A program made the translations under genes and the position numbers. From the NCBI GenBank assembly GCA_020436165.1, contig JAGQYI010000076.1, positions 99,555-163,554 of the forward strand: DNA of 64,000 bases, written 5' to 3'. How positions within the stretch are numbered: position 1 is the first letter of the stretch; each line of letters opens with the position of its first letter. Under the pieces are notes generated by a model, which worked only from the letters and a program-made list of their open reading frames with translations, ran no database searches and was not told where the DNA came from. Shown here piece after piece: positions 41,638-49,266 of the stretch. This DNA is from Cyclobacteriaceae bacterium (GTDB taxonomy: Bacteria; Bacteroidota; Bacteroidia; Cytophagales; Cyclobacteriaceae).

Positions 41638-41663
41638 TTTTATAACAAGCTAAAGACAGAATT

Positions 41664-42197
41664 ATGAGCTTTTGGAAAGAAGATAAATCGCACGTGTATT
41701 GGAACCCCTACTTTGGTGGTTTCATGCTAGGCCTGCTGCTTATCCTTACCTTTTATATTACCGGTAGAGGTGTAGGAGCTACAGGAGGCACAAAAAGTGC
41801 AGTTATAACCACGGTTGAAACAATTTCGCCTGAATATGCCCAACGGTCAAAGTATTATTCCAAATACTATGACGAAGGCACCAACCCTATGAAAAACTGG
41901 CTGGTGTTCGAAACCATTGGTATTCTGGCAGGTGCTTTCCTTTCAGGAGCACTTGCTGGTCGTGCTAAGTTCAGGATCCAGCATCCTCCTCACATTACAT
42001 CCAACAAACGTTTGGTGTTTGCTTCTATCGGAGGTTTACTTTTCGGATTCGGATCACAGTTTGCAAGAGGCTGTACCAGCGGTGCAGCGCTTAGCGGAGC
42101 GGCAGTGCTCTCTCTTGGTGGGTTCATCACCATGATTGGTATTTTCGGCACTGCCTACCTGGCTGCTTATTTCTTTAGAAAACTGTGGATTAATTAA
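41664..42197 (+). CDS. YeeE/YedE family protein, half-size (N-terminal repeat type)
   Basis: 4-TM half transporter with conserved FARGCTSGAALSG motif. Confidence 0.75.
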   Translation: MSFWKEDKSHVYWNPYFGGFMLGLLLILTFYITGRGVGATGGTKSAVITTVETISPEYAQRSKYYSKYYDEGTNPMKNWLVFETIGILAGAFLSGALAGRAKFRIQHPPHITSNKRLVFASIGGLLFGFGSQFARGCTSGAALSGAAVLSLGGFITMIGIFGTAYLAAYFFRKLWIN

Positions 42198-42216
42198 CCT
42201 TAAGAATTAGAATACT

Positions 42217-42807
42217 ATGGGACCTCTTACATATTTTGGAGAAATTTCAACAGAGTGGAACTACGTGATAGCACTCTTTATAGGTATGGCTTTTGGCTAT
42301 ATCATGGAAGCCTCGGGCTTCTCATCATCGCGTAAGCTTATCGGAGTGTTTTACGGATACGACTTTGCCGTAATACGCGTATTCTTTACCGCCACCCTGG
42401 TAGCCATTATAGGGCTGCTTTACATGGGCTATTTCGGATGGATCGATTATTCCGTATTGTTTGTTCACCCAACCTTTGTGGCCTCGGCTGCTATTGGTGG
42501 TGTTATTATGGGGCTGGGCTTTATTATGGGTGGTTTCTGCCCGGGAACGAGCCTTTGTGCCGTAGCTATTGGCAAGCTGGACGGATGGGTATTTACCATT
42601 GCACTGTTTGTGGGAATCTTTCTTTACTCTCAGGTGTTTCCCTGGATAGAGCCCTTGTACAATGCAGGTGATATGGGACATATTAAAATAACCGAGTACT
42701 TTGGTATTTCACAGGGGTGGTTTGCCTTTGGTTTTGCCGTAGTAGCGGTAGCTGTCTTCTTTATCACCACATTGATAAGAAGAAAAGTAAAAGATGTTAG
42801 ATATTAA
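42217..42807 (+). CDS. YeeE/YedE family protein, half-size (second repeat)
   Basis: GGFCPGTSLCAVAIG motif. 19 bp after first half. Confidence 0.75.
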   Translation: MGPLTYFGEISTEWNYVIALFIGMAFGYIMEASGFSSSRKLIGVFYGYDFAVIRVFFTATLVAIIGLLYMGYFGWIDYSVLFVHPTFVASAAIGGVIMGLGFIMGGFCPGTSLCAVAIGKLDGWVFTIALFVGIFLYSQVFPWIEPLYNAGDMGHIKITEYFGISQGWFAFGFAVVAVAVFFITTLIRRKVKDVRY

Positions 42808-42818
42808 ATAACATAACT

Positions 42819-43436
42819 ATGTCAAAAAGATATATTTTTCTGGCCGTACTCTTAATAGGATCTGCATTTGGCCTCACGCAATTGCCCGAAAAGCCAAATA
42901 AAAAACAGATTCCACCCGATGAGCTGCTGATCAAAATCTATGATCAGGCCAGGTACCTTACCACACGTGAAATAGCCAAGCGAATTATCGATCGCGATCC
43001 AAGTATTTTCCTGGTGGATGTACGCACACCAAGCGAATACGAGGAGTACGCTATTCCGGGTGCTTTTAATATCCCGTTGGAAAACATTTTGGACGACCAA
43101 TGGAGAGATTATCTTAATCAGGATGGTGTAGATGTTATCTTCTATTCGAATGGAACCATCTATGCCGATCAGGCATGGGATCTCATCGCCCAGCGGGGAA
43201 TTAAGAACCTGTACATTATGAAAGGCGGACTTAACGAATGGTTTGCCACCATCATAAAACCGGTTGCTCCGGATGAAACCGCTCCTTCCGAAGCGTTTGA
43301 TCAGTATGCTTTTGAAAAAGCAGCTAGTATTTACTTTGGTGGTTCCTCCGCAGGAGTTGATGCTGCCGCACCTGCTGAAAAGAAAGAAGTAGTAGTACGT
43401 AAAAAGAAAAAGAAAGCAGCCGAAGGTGGTTGTTAA
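42819..43436 (+). CDS. membrane-anchored catalytically Cys-less rhodanese-like protein with C-terminal KKKKKAAEGGC tail (paralog 1)
   Basis: N-terminal signal/anchor. Rhodanese-like fold (…VDVRTPSEYEEYAIPGAFNIP…) with Ser in place of active Cys. Low-complexity linker. Sole Cys is the last residue. Confidence 0.65.
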   Translation: MSKRYIFLAVLLIGSAFGLTQLPEKPNKKQIPPDELLIKIYDQARYLTTREIAKRIIDRDPSIFLVDVRTPSEYEEYAIPGAFNIPLENILDDQWRDYLNQDGVDVIFYSNGTIYADQAWDLIAQRGIKNLYIMKGGLNEWFATIIKPVAPDETAPSEAFDQYAFEKAASIYFGGSSAGVDAAAPAEKKEVVVRKKKKKAAEGGC

Positions 43437-43458
43437 TTAATTACTTAAACAATTAATT

Positions 43459-44085
43459 ATGGAAGAGTTAAAGAGAACAAAACGGATAACCATAGGAGTA
43501 ATTGCTTTCATTGCGGTGTTAGTTATAGGTTTCTTAACAGTAAAAAAACCTGTGGCTGTTTACAAATTGAGCCCTCAGCAAATGAACGATGACCTCATTA
43601 TGGTGTACCAGGTTACCCCTGAAGAAGCCTCTGAAATGATGGGCGACTCGGTAAAAAATGTTTTTGTAGATATCAGAAGCATTTACGACTACGAAAAAGA
43701 CCACCTGTATGGTGCTGTAAATATCCCTATTCCTAATCTGTTGGATAAGGAGATTCAGGAACAGTTCGATCAGTGGAAAAAGGATTCGGTAACGGTAGTG
43801 CTGTATGGCAATGACCAGCTACAGGCCAATTCACCCTGGATGCTCATGTACCAATTGGGGTACGACAATACTCGAGTACTTTTAGGTGGCATAAAGTATT
43901 ACGATGACTTTATGAATGGCCGACTAGCCGAAAACGAAACTTTTGAAATGGAAAACCCTGCCTACGACTTTAAGAAAATTATTGCAGAAGGCAGTAGTGA
44001 TAATTCATCGGTTGCCGCACAGGCGCCACAAAAAGAGGTAGTCGTACGCAAAAAGAAGAAGAAGGCTGCCGAAGGAGGTTGTTAA
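43459..44085 (+). CDS. membrane-anchored Cys-less rhodanese-like protein with identical C-terminal tail (paralog 2)
   Basis: N-terminal TM anchor. Rhodanese-like domain (…VDIRSIYDYEKDHLYGAVNIP…). Sole Cys is the last residue. Confidence 0.65.
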   Translation: MEELKRTKRITIGVIAFIAVLVIGFLTVKKPVAVYKLSPQQMNDDLIMVYQVTPEEASEMMGDSVKNVFVDIRSIYDYEKDHLYGAVNIPIPNLLDKEIQEQFDQWKKDSVTVVLYGNDQLQANSPWMLMYQLGYDNTRVLLGGIKYYDDFMNGRLAENETFEMENPAYDFKKIIAEGSSDNSSVAAQAPQKEVVVRKKKKKAAEGGC

Positions 44086-44111
44086 CCTAACGTAACAATC
44101 TTGTTTGTTTA

Positions 44112-44143
44112 GGCTGTCTGCCCATCGGTGGATGGCCTTTTTT
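44112..44143 (+). terminator. Rho-independent terminator of the sulfur operon (copy 1 of duplicated element)
   Basis: ggctgtctgcccatcggtggatggcc plus tttttt. Confidence 0.6.
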
Positions 44144-44168
44144 ATGTCCATTAAATGAAATAAATGAT

Positions 44169-44227
44169 GGTCGTAGGGTCTCCCTGCGACCTAGCTAGAA
44201 ATGGTCTTAGCGAGACGCTCAGACCAG
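44169..44227. repeat. REP-like composite: hairpin GGTCGTAGGG-TCTC-CCTGCGACC followed by palindrome GGTCTTAGCGAGACGCTCAGACCAG
   Basis: Related copies at 841-899, 1075-1099, 44351-44430. Confidence 0.6.
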
Positions 44228-44232
44228 AAAAA

Positions 44233-44264
44233 GGCTGTCTGCCCATCGGTGGATGGCCTTTTTT
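44233..44264 (+). repeat. exact second copy of terminator element
   Basis: Identical 32-mer 121 bp downstream of copy 1. Confidence 0.6.
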
Positions 44265-44705
44265 GTTATTAACATTCAATTACTGTAGAGGCAGGGATCT
44301 GCTAAATTAGAAGGGATTCCCACTTGCGTGGGAATGACGTTGCTTTCACTGGTCGTAGGGTCTCCCTGCGACCAATTGTTTCAATATCTGGTCTCAGCCT
44401 GCCAGCCGCAGGCGGGCGAGATGCTAAACCTTGTCAGCCATTACTTCTTAAATCTACCCCAAAAACCACACAAATAAGAAGGAATAAATAGGAGTTTGCA
44501 CTTTTAGACTATTGTCTAAGCTCCCCGGCCACCGTGCCGGGGTCTCCTTCTAACCTTTTGTGCAGACCATTAGCTCTAAATGCGGGTTTAAGAGAGTGGA
44601 AAAGACACCCTCCGCTTGCTTCGCAACCACCTCCCTCAAGGGAGGATTTGTGGAGTGTCCCCTTGAGGGGGCTTTAAGGGGTGTTTCTACCCTGCATAAC
44701 AAAAA

Positions 44706-44811
44706 ACGCCCTTCGACTTTTCTACATCCCCCTAATCCCCCTTCAAAGGGGGACTTCATCTTTTGGTCAGAAGGAATGTCCCCTTGAGGGGACTTTAAGG
44801 GGGTGTTAAAA
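44706..44811 (+). repeat. ~105-bp GC-rich direct repeat, left copy flanking DUF559 gene
   Basis: Near-identical to 45203-45310. Contains hairpins cccccttcaaaggggg and ccccttgagggg. A third copy of the 32-bp core lies at 44655-44686. Confidence 0.7.
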
Positions 44812-44835
44812 GCTATTTCCGTAATTTAGCCATCT

Positions 44836-45147
44836 GTGAAAAACAAAATCATCCCATACCGTAAAGATTTAAAGGAAAAGGCCAGAGAATTAAGAAAACA
44901 CGGCACACTTGCAGAAGTTCTTCTATGGCAAGAAATTAAAGGCAAACAAATCAAAGGTTTCCAATTTCACAGGCAGGTTCCCATGCTGGATTACATTGTC
45001 GATTTCTATTGCCATGAACTTTCTCTCGTAATCGAAATTGATGGAGATAGCCATTATCACGATGATGCACCCATAAAAGATGCAATCAGGCAAAAACGGA
45101 TTGAATCGTATGGGTCAATTTTCTTCGATTTGATGATGTGGATGTAA
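44836..45147 (+). CDS. DUF559 endonuclease-domain protein (Vsr/restriction-endonuclease-like fold)
   Basis: …RQVPMLDYIVDFYCHELSLVIEIDGDSHY… characteristic DUF559 core. 103 aa. Confidence 0.7.
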   Translation: MKNKIIPYRKDLKEKARELRKHGTLAEVLLWQEIKGKQIKGFQFHRQVPMLDYIVDFYCHELSLVIEIDGDSHYHDDAPIKDAIRQKRIESYGSIFFDLMMWM

Positions 45148-45202
45148 AACAGAATATGGGGTATGTAATGTCTTCAATAATTGAGTGGATAGAGAATAGA
45201 TA

Positions 45203-45310
45203 GGACACCCTCGGCTTTTCTACATCCCCCTAATCCCCCTTCAAAAGGGGGACTTCATCTTTTGGTCAGAAGGAATGTCCCCTTGAGGGGACTTTAAGGG
45301 GGTGTTAAAC
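45203..45310 (+). repeat. ~105-bp GC-rich direct repeat, right copy
   Basis: See left copy. Confidence 0.7.
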
Positions 45311-45317
45311 CTACTAA

Positions 45318-47144
45318 CTATTCCCTGAACATCATACCCGAACCGGGAATATCTTCTGTGGTATCCCAGGCGGGAAACCAAAAGTGTGCGGTTCGCTGCC
45401 TGCCATTTTCGTCAAAATCGTAGTAGCCTAGGTCCAGCCGCACAGTTGACCAATCCTTCTGTTGCATCTTATCCAGATAAGCCACCGGAATAGCCAACTC
45501 CAACTGCACACCTGTGGGCGTCCTCTTTACGGCAGACTCTACCTTTACAGGCAAATGTGACTCTCCATAAACCGGAGACTCTTCTCTAAAAGTCCGCAAA
45601 TAACCCAACCAGTCACTACCCCTACCCTCGCCTTCGTTAAATGCGCTTACATATTCCGTACGTGCATCCAGGCCCAACAGAAAAGCATCCTGGCTCCAGT
45701 AAGAGCCTTTTTCATCAATATACAACTCGTCATCGGTAATCTGCACCGCCACATACAAATTGTCTTTATCATAACCGGTGGCAAACTTCATCGAGAAATC
45801 CGCATCTCCCTTGTAGTCAAAAGGACTTCCCTGAAAATTCTTTACATCAATCCATTCCCCCTTCCATTCCTTTAAATCTCCATCCACCTTTACTTTCTTA
45901 ACCTCACCGATCTTATATTTCTCAAATGGCGAGAAATTAAGAGCATTGGAAAAACTCACATTGGGTTGATTCTCAAACTCGTAGGTAATATCTGCCTTCA
46001 CCACCAACGGCTCAGGATTTGAAAGATCAAACTTCTCAAGGTTTTGCAGGTCCAGTTTCAGAAGCTGCACATCATTGGGTTCTACTGTCAATTCTCGCTC
46101 ATTGAGCGTATAAAAGATATCCGGGTGTATCATGCCGGTCAGCTTCACTTTCATGCGTGTATCCGAGCTGTTGGTTACTCTTATCTCAGCCTCTGCTGCG
46201 TGCTCAGCATCCCCCGCAAGATAAACCGGCTCTAAACGCACAGGAAACGGGCGATCTCTTACCAGCTCAACCAAATCCTCTGTTACTACATTTTCATCCC
46301 AAATACCGTCCAGAAAAAGATTGGCAATAATGGGGCCTTCGTTCGTCATGGTTACCCATGCAACTTCATCAAATTCTCCGTACGCTCTGCCCCTGAGCCT
46401 GCTGGCTCCTCCCGTTGTGGCAAGCGCTATGTATTTGCCATTATTTCTTACAGATTTCCAATACCGGTGGTAGTGTCCGGCAAATACGGTATGTTCTCTG
46501 TCCTGCAATAGTTTTTCAACATCGTTCCATCGCTTCGTATCTTCCTGCACCCACAATGGCTGATGAAGAAAAACCAGAGTCCATTTTACTTCCTCATTTT
46601 CGGCCAGTGTCTTTTTTATATATTCGTATTGTTCATCATCTATAGTTCCCCTGCCCGATCCACGATGGTTATCCTCAGAGTTGAGGCACAGAAAAAGCAC
46701 ATCGTTGTACACAAAATGGTAGTAGGATACCCCAAAAAGCTCGTTCCACTTTTCGGCCATAACCGCATTGGTGATATCATGATTGCCCGGAACATAGAAA
46801 AAAGGCACCTGCAGGCTATCAATAAACCCTCTGAATTCTTTCCACTCGGCATTCAAACGTACCGTATCTTCGGTGTATCCTTCAATAAGATCGCCCACGC
46901 TCATAACAAACTCCGGTTGCAGCAGGTTAAGTTTTTTAATGGCCATGGGAAAAATACCGTGCCTATGCCCCCCGGTACGGTCTGTAACAATTGCAAACTG
47001 AAACTGGGACTCGGAAGTATTCCAGTTCAAATTATTCCAGGGTTTCTGCTGGCTTGGAATATCAATGTAAATGGTAGGTTTCTCCTGACCAAAGCTGTAA
47101 AAGCCGGTCGTTAAGACGGCACATAGGAGGATAAGTTTTTTCAT
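45318..47144 (-). CDS. secreted calcineurin-like metallophosphoesterase with C-terminal carbohydrate-binding-like domain
   Basis: Signal peptide. GDxxY…GNHD…GHxH metallophosphatase motifs in N-terminal half. Confidence 0.65.
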   Translation of the reverse strand: MKKLILLCAVLTTGFYSFGQEKPTIYIDIPSQQKPWNNLNWNTSESQFQFAIVTDRTGGHRHGIFPMAIKKLNLLQPEFVMSVGDLIEGYTEDTVRLNAEWKEFRGFIDSLQVPFFYVPGNHDITNAVMAEKWNELFGVSYYHFVYNDVLFLCLNSEDNHRGSGRGTIDDEQYEYIKKTLAENEEVKWTLVFLHQPLWVQEDTKRWNDVEKLLQDREHTVFAGHYHRYWKSVRNNGKYIALATTGGASRLRGRAYGEFDEVAWVTMTNEGPIIANLFLDGIWDENVVTEDLVELVRDRPFPVRLEPVYLAGDAEHAAEAEIRVTNSSDTRMKVKLTGMIHPDIFYTLNERELTVEPNDVQLLKLDLQNLEKFDLSNPEPLVVKADITYEFENQPNVSFSNALNFSPFEKYKIGEVKKVKVDGDLKEWKGEWIDVKNFQGSPFDYKGDADFSMKFATGYDKDNLYVAVQITDDELYIDEKGSYWSQDAFLLGLDARTEYVSAFNEGEGRGSDWLGYLRTFREESPVYGESHLPVKVESAVKRTPTGVQLELAIPVAYLDKMQQKDWSTVRLDLGYYDFDENGRQRTAHFWFPAWDTTEDIPGSGMMFRE

Positions 47145-47312
47145 CAGGTGTTTTTCTTTTAAAGATTGTAAATCAACCTGAAAAAATCACCACTTTCCGG
47201 TTAAAAAATAGTTAAGTATGTTTTCGAATAAAGTAGGGCTTACACAAGGTAAAATGAAAAAGGGCTATCCACTCAAGGTGAACAGCCCCTATCTAAAACT
47301 AACTCAAAAAAC

Positions 47313-47675
47313 TTATGAAACCACTAATAATTCCTTCTCAATTACGTCTTTCAACACATTTTTTGGAAGTGCACCAGCCTGCATTTTAGGAGTATCATTC
47401 AAAGGAATAAACAACATGCTAGGTATGCTACGGATTCCAAATACAGCCGAAAGCTCTTGCTCAGCTTCTGTATCCACCTTGAATATATCGATCTTACCAG
47501 CGTATTCCTCTGATAACTCTTCCAAAATAGGTGCTACCATTTTACAAGGTCCACACCAGTCTGCGTAAAAGTCGATTAAAGCAGGTTTGTCGCCTGCAAA
47601 TTCCCATTCGGTTTTTGTTGTATAATCAAAAACTTTTTTCTTAAAATCTTCAGTACTTAATAATGTCGTTGCCAT
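47313..47675 (-). CDS. thioredoxin
   Basis: 120 aa with WCGPCK active site. Confidence 0.9.
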   Translation of the reverse strand: MATTLLSTEDFKKKVFDYTTKTEWEFAGDKPALIDFYADWCGPCKMVAPILEELSEEYAGKIDIFKVDTEAEQELSAVFGIRSIPSMLFIPLNDTPKMQAGALPKNVLKDVIEKELLVVS

Positions 47676-47723
47676 GATAAATTCTTATTTAGTACAAAGG
47701 AAAAGTGCTAATAATAAGCTTAT

Positions 47724-47739
47724 TGTGATGTAAGTCACA
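47724..47739. promoter_or_regulatory. perfect CRP-type palindrome TGTGA-N6-TCACA in trx/sqr divergent promoter
   Basis: tgtgatgtaagtcaca, about 60 bp from both start codons. Confidence 0.55.
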
Positions 47740-47795
47740 TGGCTAAATCATTTTTTTTTGCGAGATTAGGAAATTCAACATTTAATCAATTTCTT

Positions 47796-49142
47796 ATGAG
47801 TAATAGCAAGCATCAAATAGTAATTATAGGTGGAGGAACAGGAGGTATTATGGCTGCTGCACAGTTGTTAAGAGCGCGAAAAGGTTTGGATGTAGCAGTA
47901 ATTGAACCCTCTGAGCAACATATGTATCAGCCCGCATGGACATTGGTAGGTGCCGGCCTGATGAAGAAATCGGCCACCATTAAACCTGAGAAAAAAGTAA
48001 TGCCCAAAGGGGCTACTTGGATAAAGGAATATGTGGAAACCATCAATCCCGATGAAAACGAAGTAGTGCTTCAAAACGGAGACAAGATAAACTACGAATA
48101 TCTTATTGCTGCTCCTGGCATTCAGATTAACCTGGATGGCATTGAGGGGCTTAAAGAAACCTTTGGTAAAAATGGAGTTTGCTCCAATTATGTGGATCCC
48201 GACTACACCTGGGAGGTGCTTCAAAACTTTAAAAGCGGAGTTGGTTTGTTCACGCAACCTGCCACTCCAATTAAATGCCCGGGGGCACCACAAAAAATAA
48301 TGTACCTGGCTGCAGATTACTTAAGAAGGAAGAAAAGGGAAAGTGATACGCAGCTTGTATTTGCCACTCCCGGTACCGTAATTTTTGGTACTGAGCCATT
48401 TAAATCAGAGCTTACCCACTACATAAACGATGTGTACAATATACCTCAACGCTATGGCTACAAGCTGGTAAAAGTTGACGGTGAAAAGAAAGAGGCACAT
48501 TATGAGCGCTTAGCGCTACCCGATGGCCGTACTGATTATGTAGTAAATGACGAACGTAACGCTGCAGGTTGTATTGGCTATGTATGGGATGGACAGGAAC
48601 AATACGTGGTAGAAGAGGAGAACAATCATATTGATGAATTGAAAGAGGGCACAAATTTCATTATCAAATTTGATATGCTGCACCTGGCACCGCCTCAATC
48701 AGCTCCCGGCTGGTTCCAGAAAACCAAACTGGCTAATCCGGATGGCCCTAACAAAGGCTGGATGGCAGTAGATGATGCTACACTTCAAAGTAGATTTTAC
48801 CCCAATGTATTTGGTATTGGCGATGTTACCGATCTTCCTACGGCAAGAACAGGTGCCGCTATTCGAAAGGAGGCACCAACTGTGGTTAAAAACCTGTTAA
48901 GCATAATGGATGGCAAGGCAGCCGATTATAAAGGTTACAATGGATATTCCTCTTGCCCTTTGGTAGTATCGCACAATAAAATGCTACTTGCCGAATTTAA
49001 ATATGGAAATGTTCGCAGCTCAGATCCATTGCTTTCTAAATTCTTTAATTTGGGCAAAGCCAGCTACCCTATGTGGTTGATGAAACGCTACGGACTTCCC
49101 AACCTTTACTGGCATGCCATGCTTAAAGGATATCAATTTTAG
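47796..49142 (+). CDS. sulfide:quinone oxidoreductase-like FAD-dependent pyridine nucleotide-disulfide oxidoreductase
   Basis: N-terminal GGGTGG FAD fold. Conserved Cys in …IKCPGAPQK… and …YSSCPLV…. Genomic context. Start moved to MSNSKHQIVIIGGG (atg at 47796). Confidence 0.7.
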   Translation: MSNSKHQIVIIGGGTGGIMAAAQLLRARKGLDVAVIEPSEQHMYQPAWTLVGAGLMKKSATIKPEKKVMPKGATWIKEYVETINPDENEVVLQNGDKINYEYLIAAPGIQINLDGIEGLKETFGKNGVCSNYVDPDYTWEVLQNFKSGVGLFTQPATPIKCPGAPQKIMYLAADYLRRKKRESDTQLVFATPGTVIFGTEPFKSELTHYINDVYNIPQRYGYKLVKVDGEKKEAHYERLALPDGRTDYVVNDERNAAGCIGYVWDGQEQYVVEEENNHIDELKEGTNFIIKFDMLHLAPPQSAPGWFQKTKLANPDGPNKGWMAVDDATLQSRFYPNVFGIGDVTDLPTARTGAAIRKEAPTVVKNLLSIMDGKAADYKGYNGYSSCPLVVSHNKMLLAEFKYGNVRSSDPLLSKFFNLGKASYPMWLMKRYGLPNLYWHAMLKGYQF

Positions 49143-49162
49143 AAAATAACTTTTTAGTCAGA

Positions 49163-49190
49163 AAGGCTTCTGAATTCAGAAGCCTTTTTT
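49163..49190 (+). terminator. Rho-independent terminator
   Basis: aaggcttctgaattcagaagcctt plus tttttt. Confidence 0.65.
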
Positions 49191-49266
49191 CTTAAAGACC
49201 GAAATGATTATTAAATTTCACTTTCATTTATGATTCTTGAAATCATGAAGGTTTTAATTTAGCACT

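Noticed and set aside
44086-44835. Possible CRISPR array or tRNA in the 750-bp non-coding repeat region
   Set aside because: The repeats belong to different families with irregular spacing and no constant-length repeat-spacer periodicity. No cloverleaf-compatible segment or anticodon-stem architecture was found.
46563-47114. 183-aa plus-strand ORF inside the metallophosphoesterase gene
   Set aside because: Antisense to a gene with clear metallophosphatase motifs. No independent start context.
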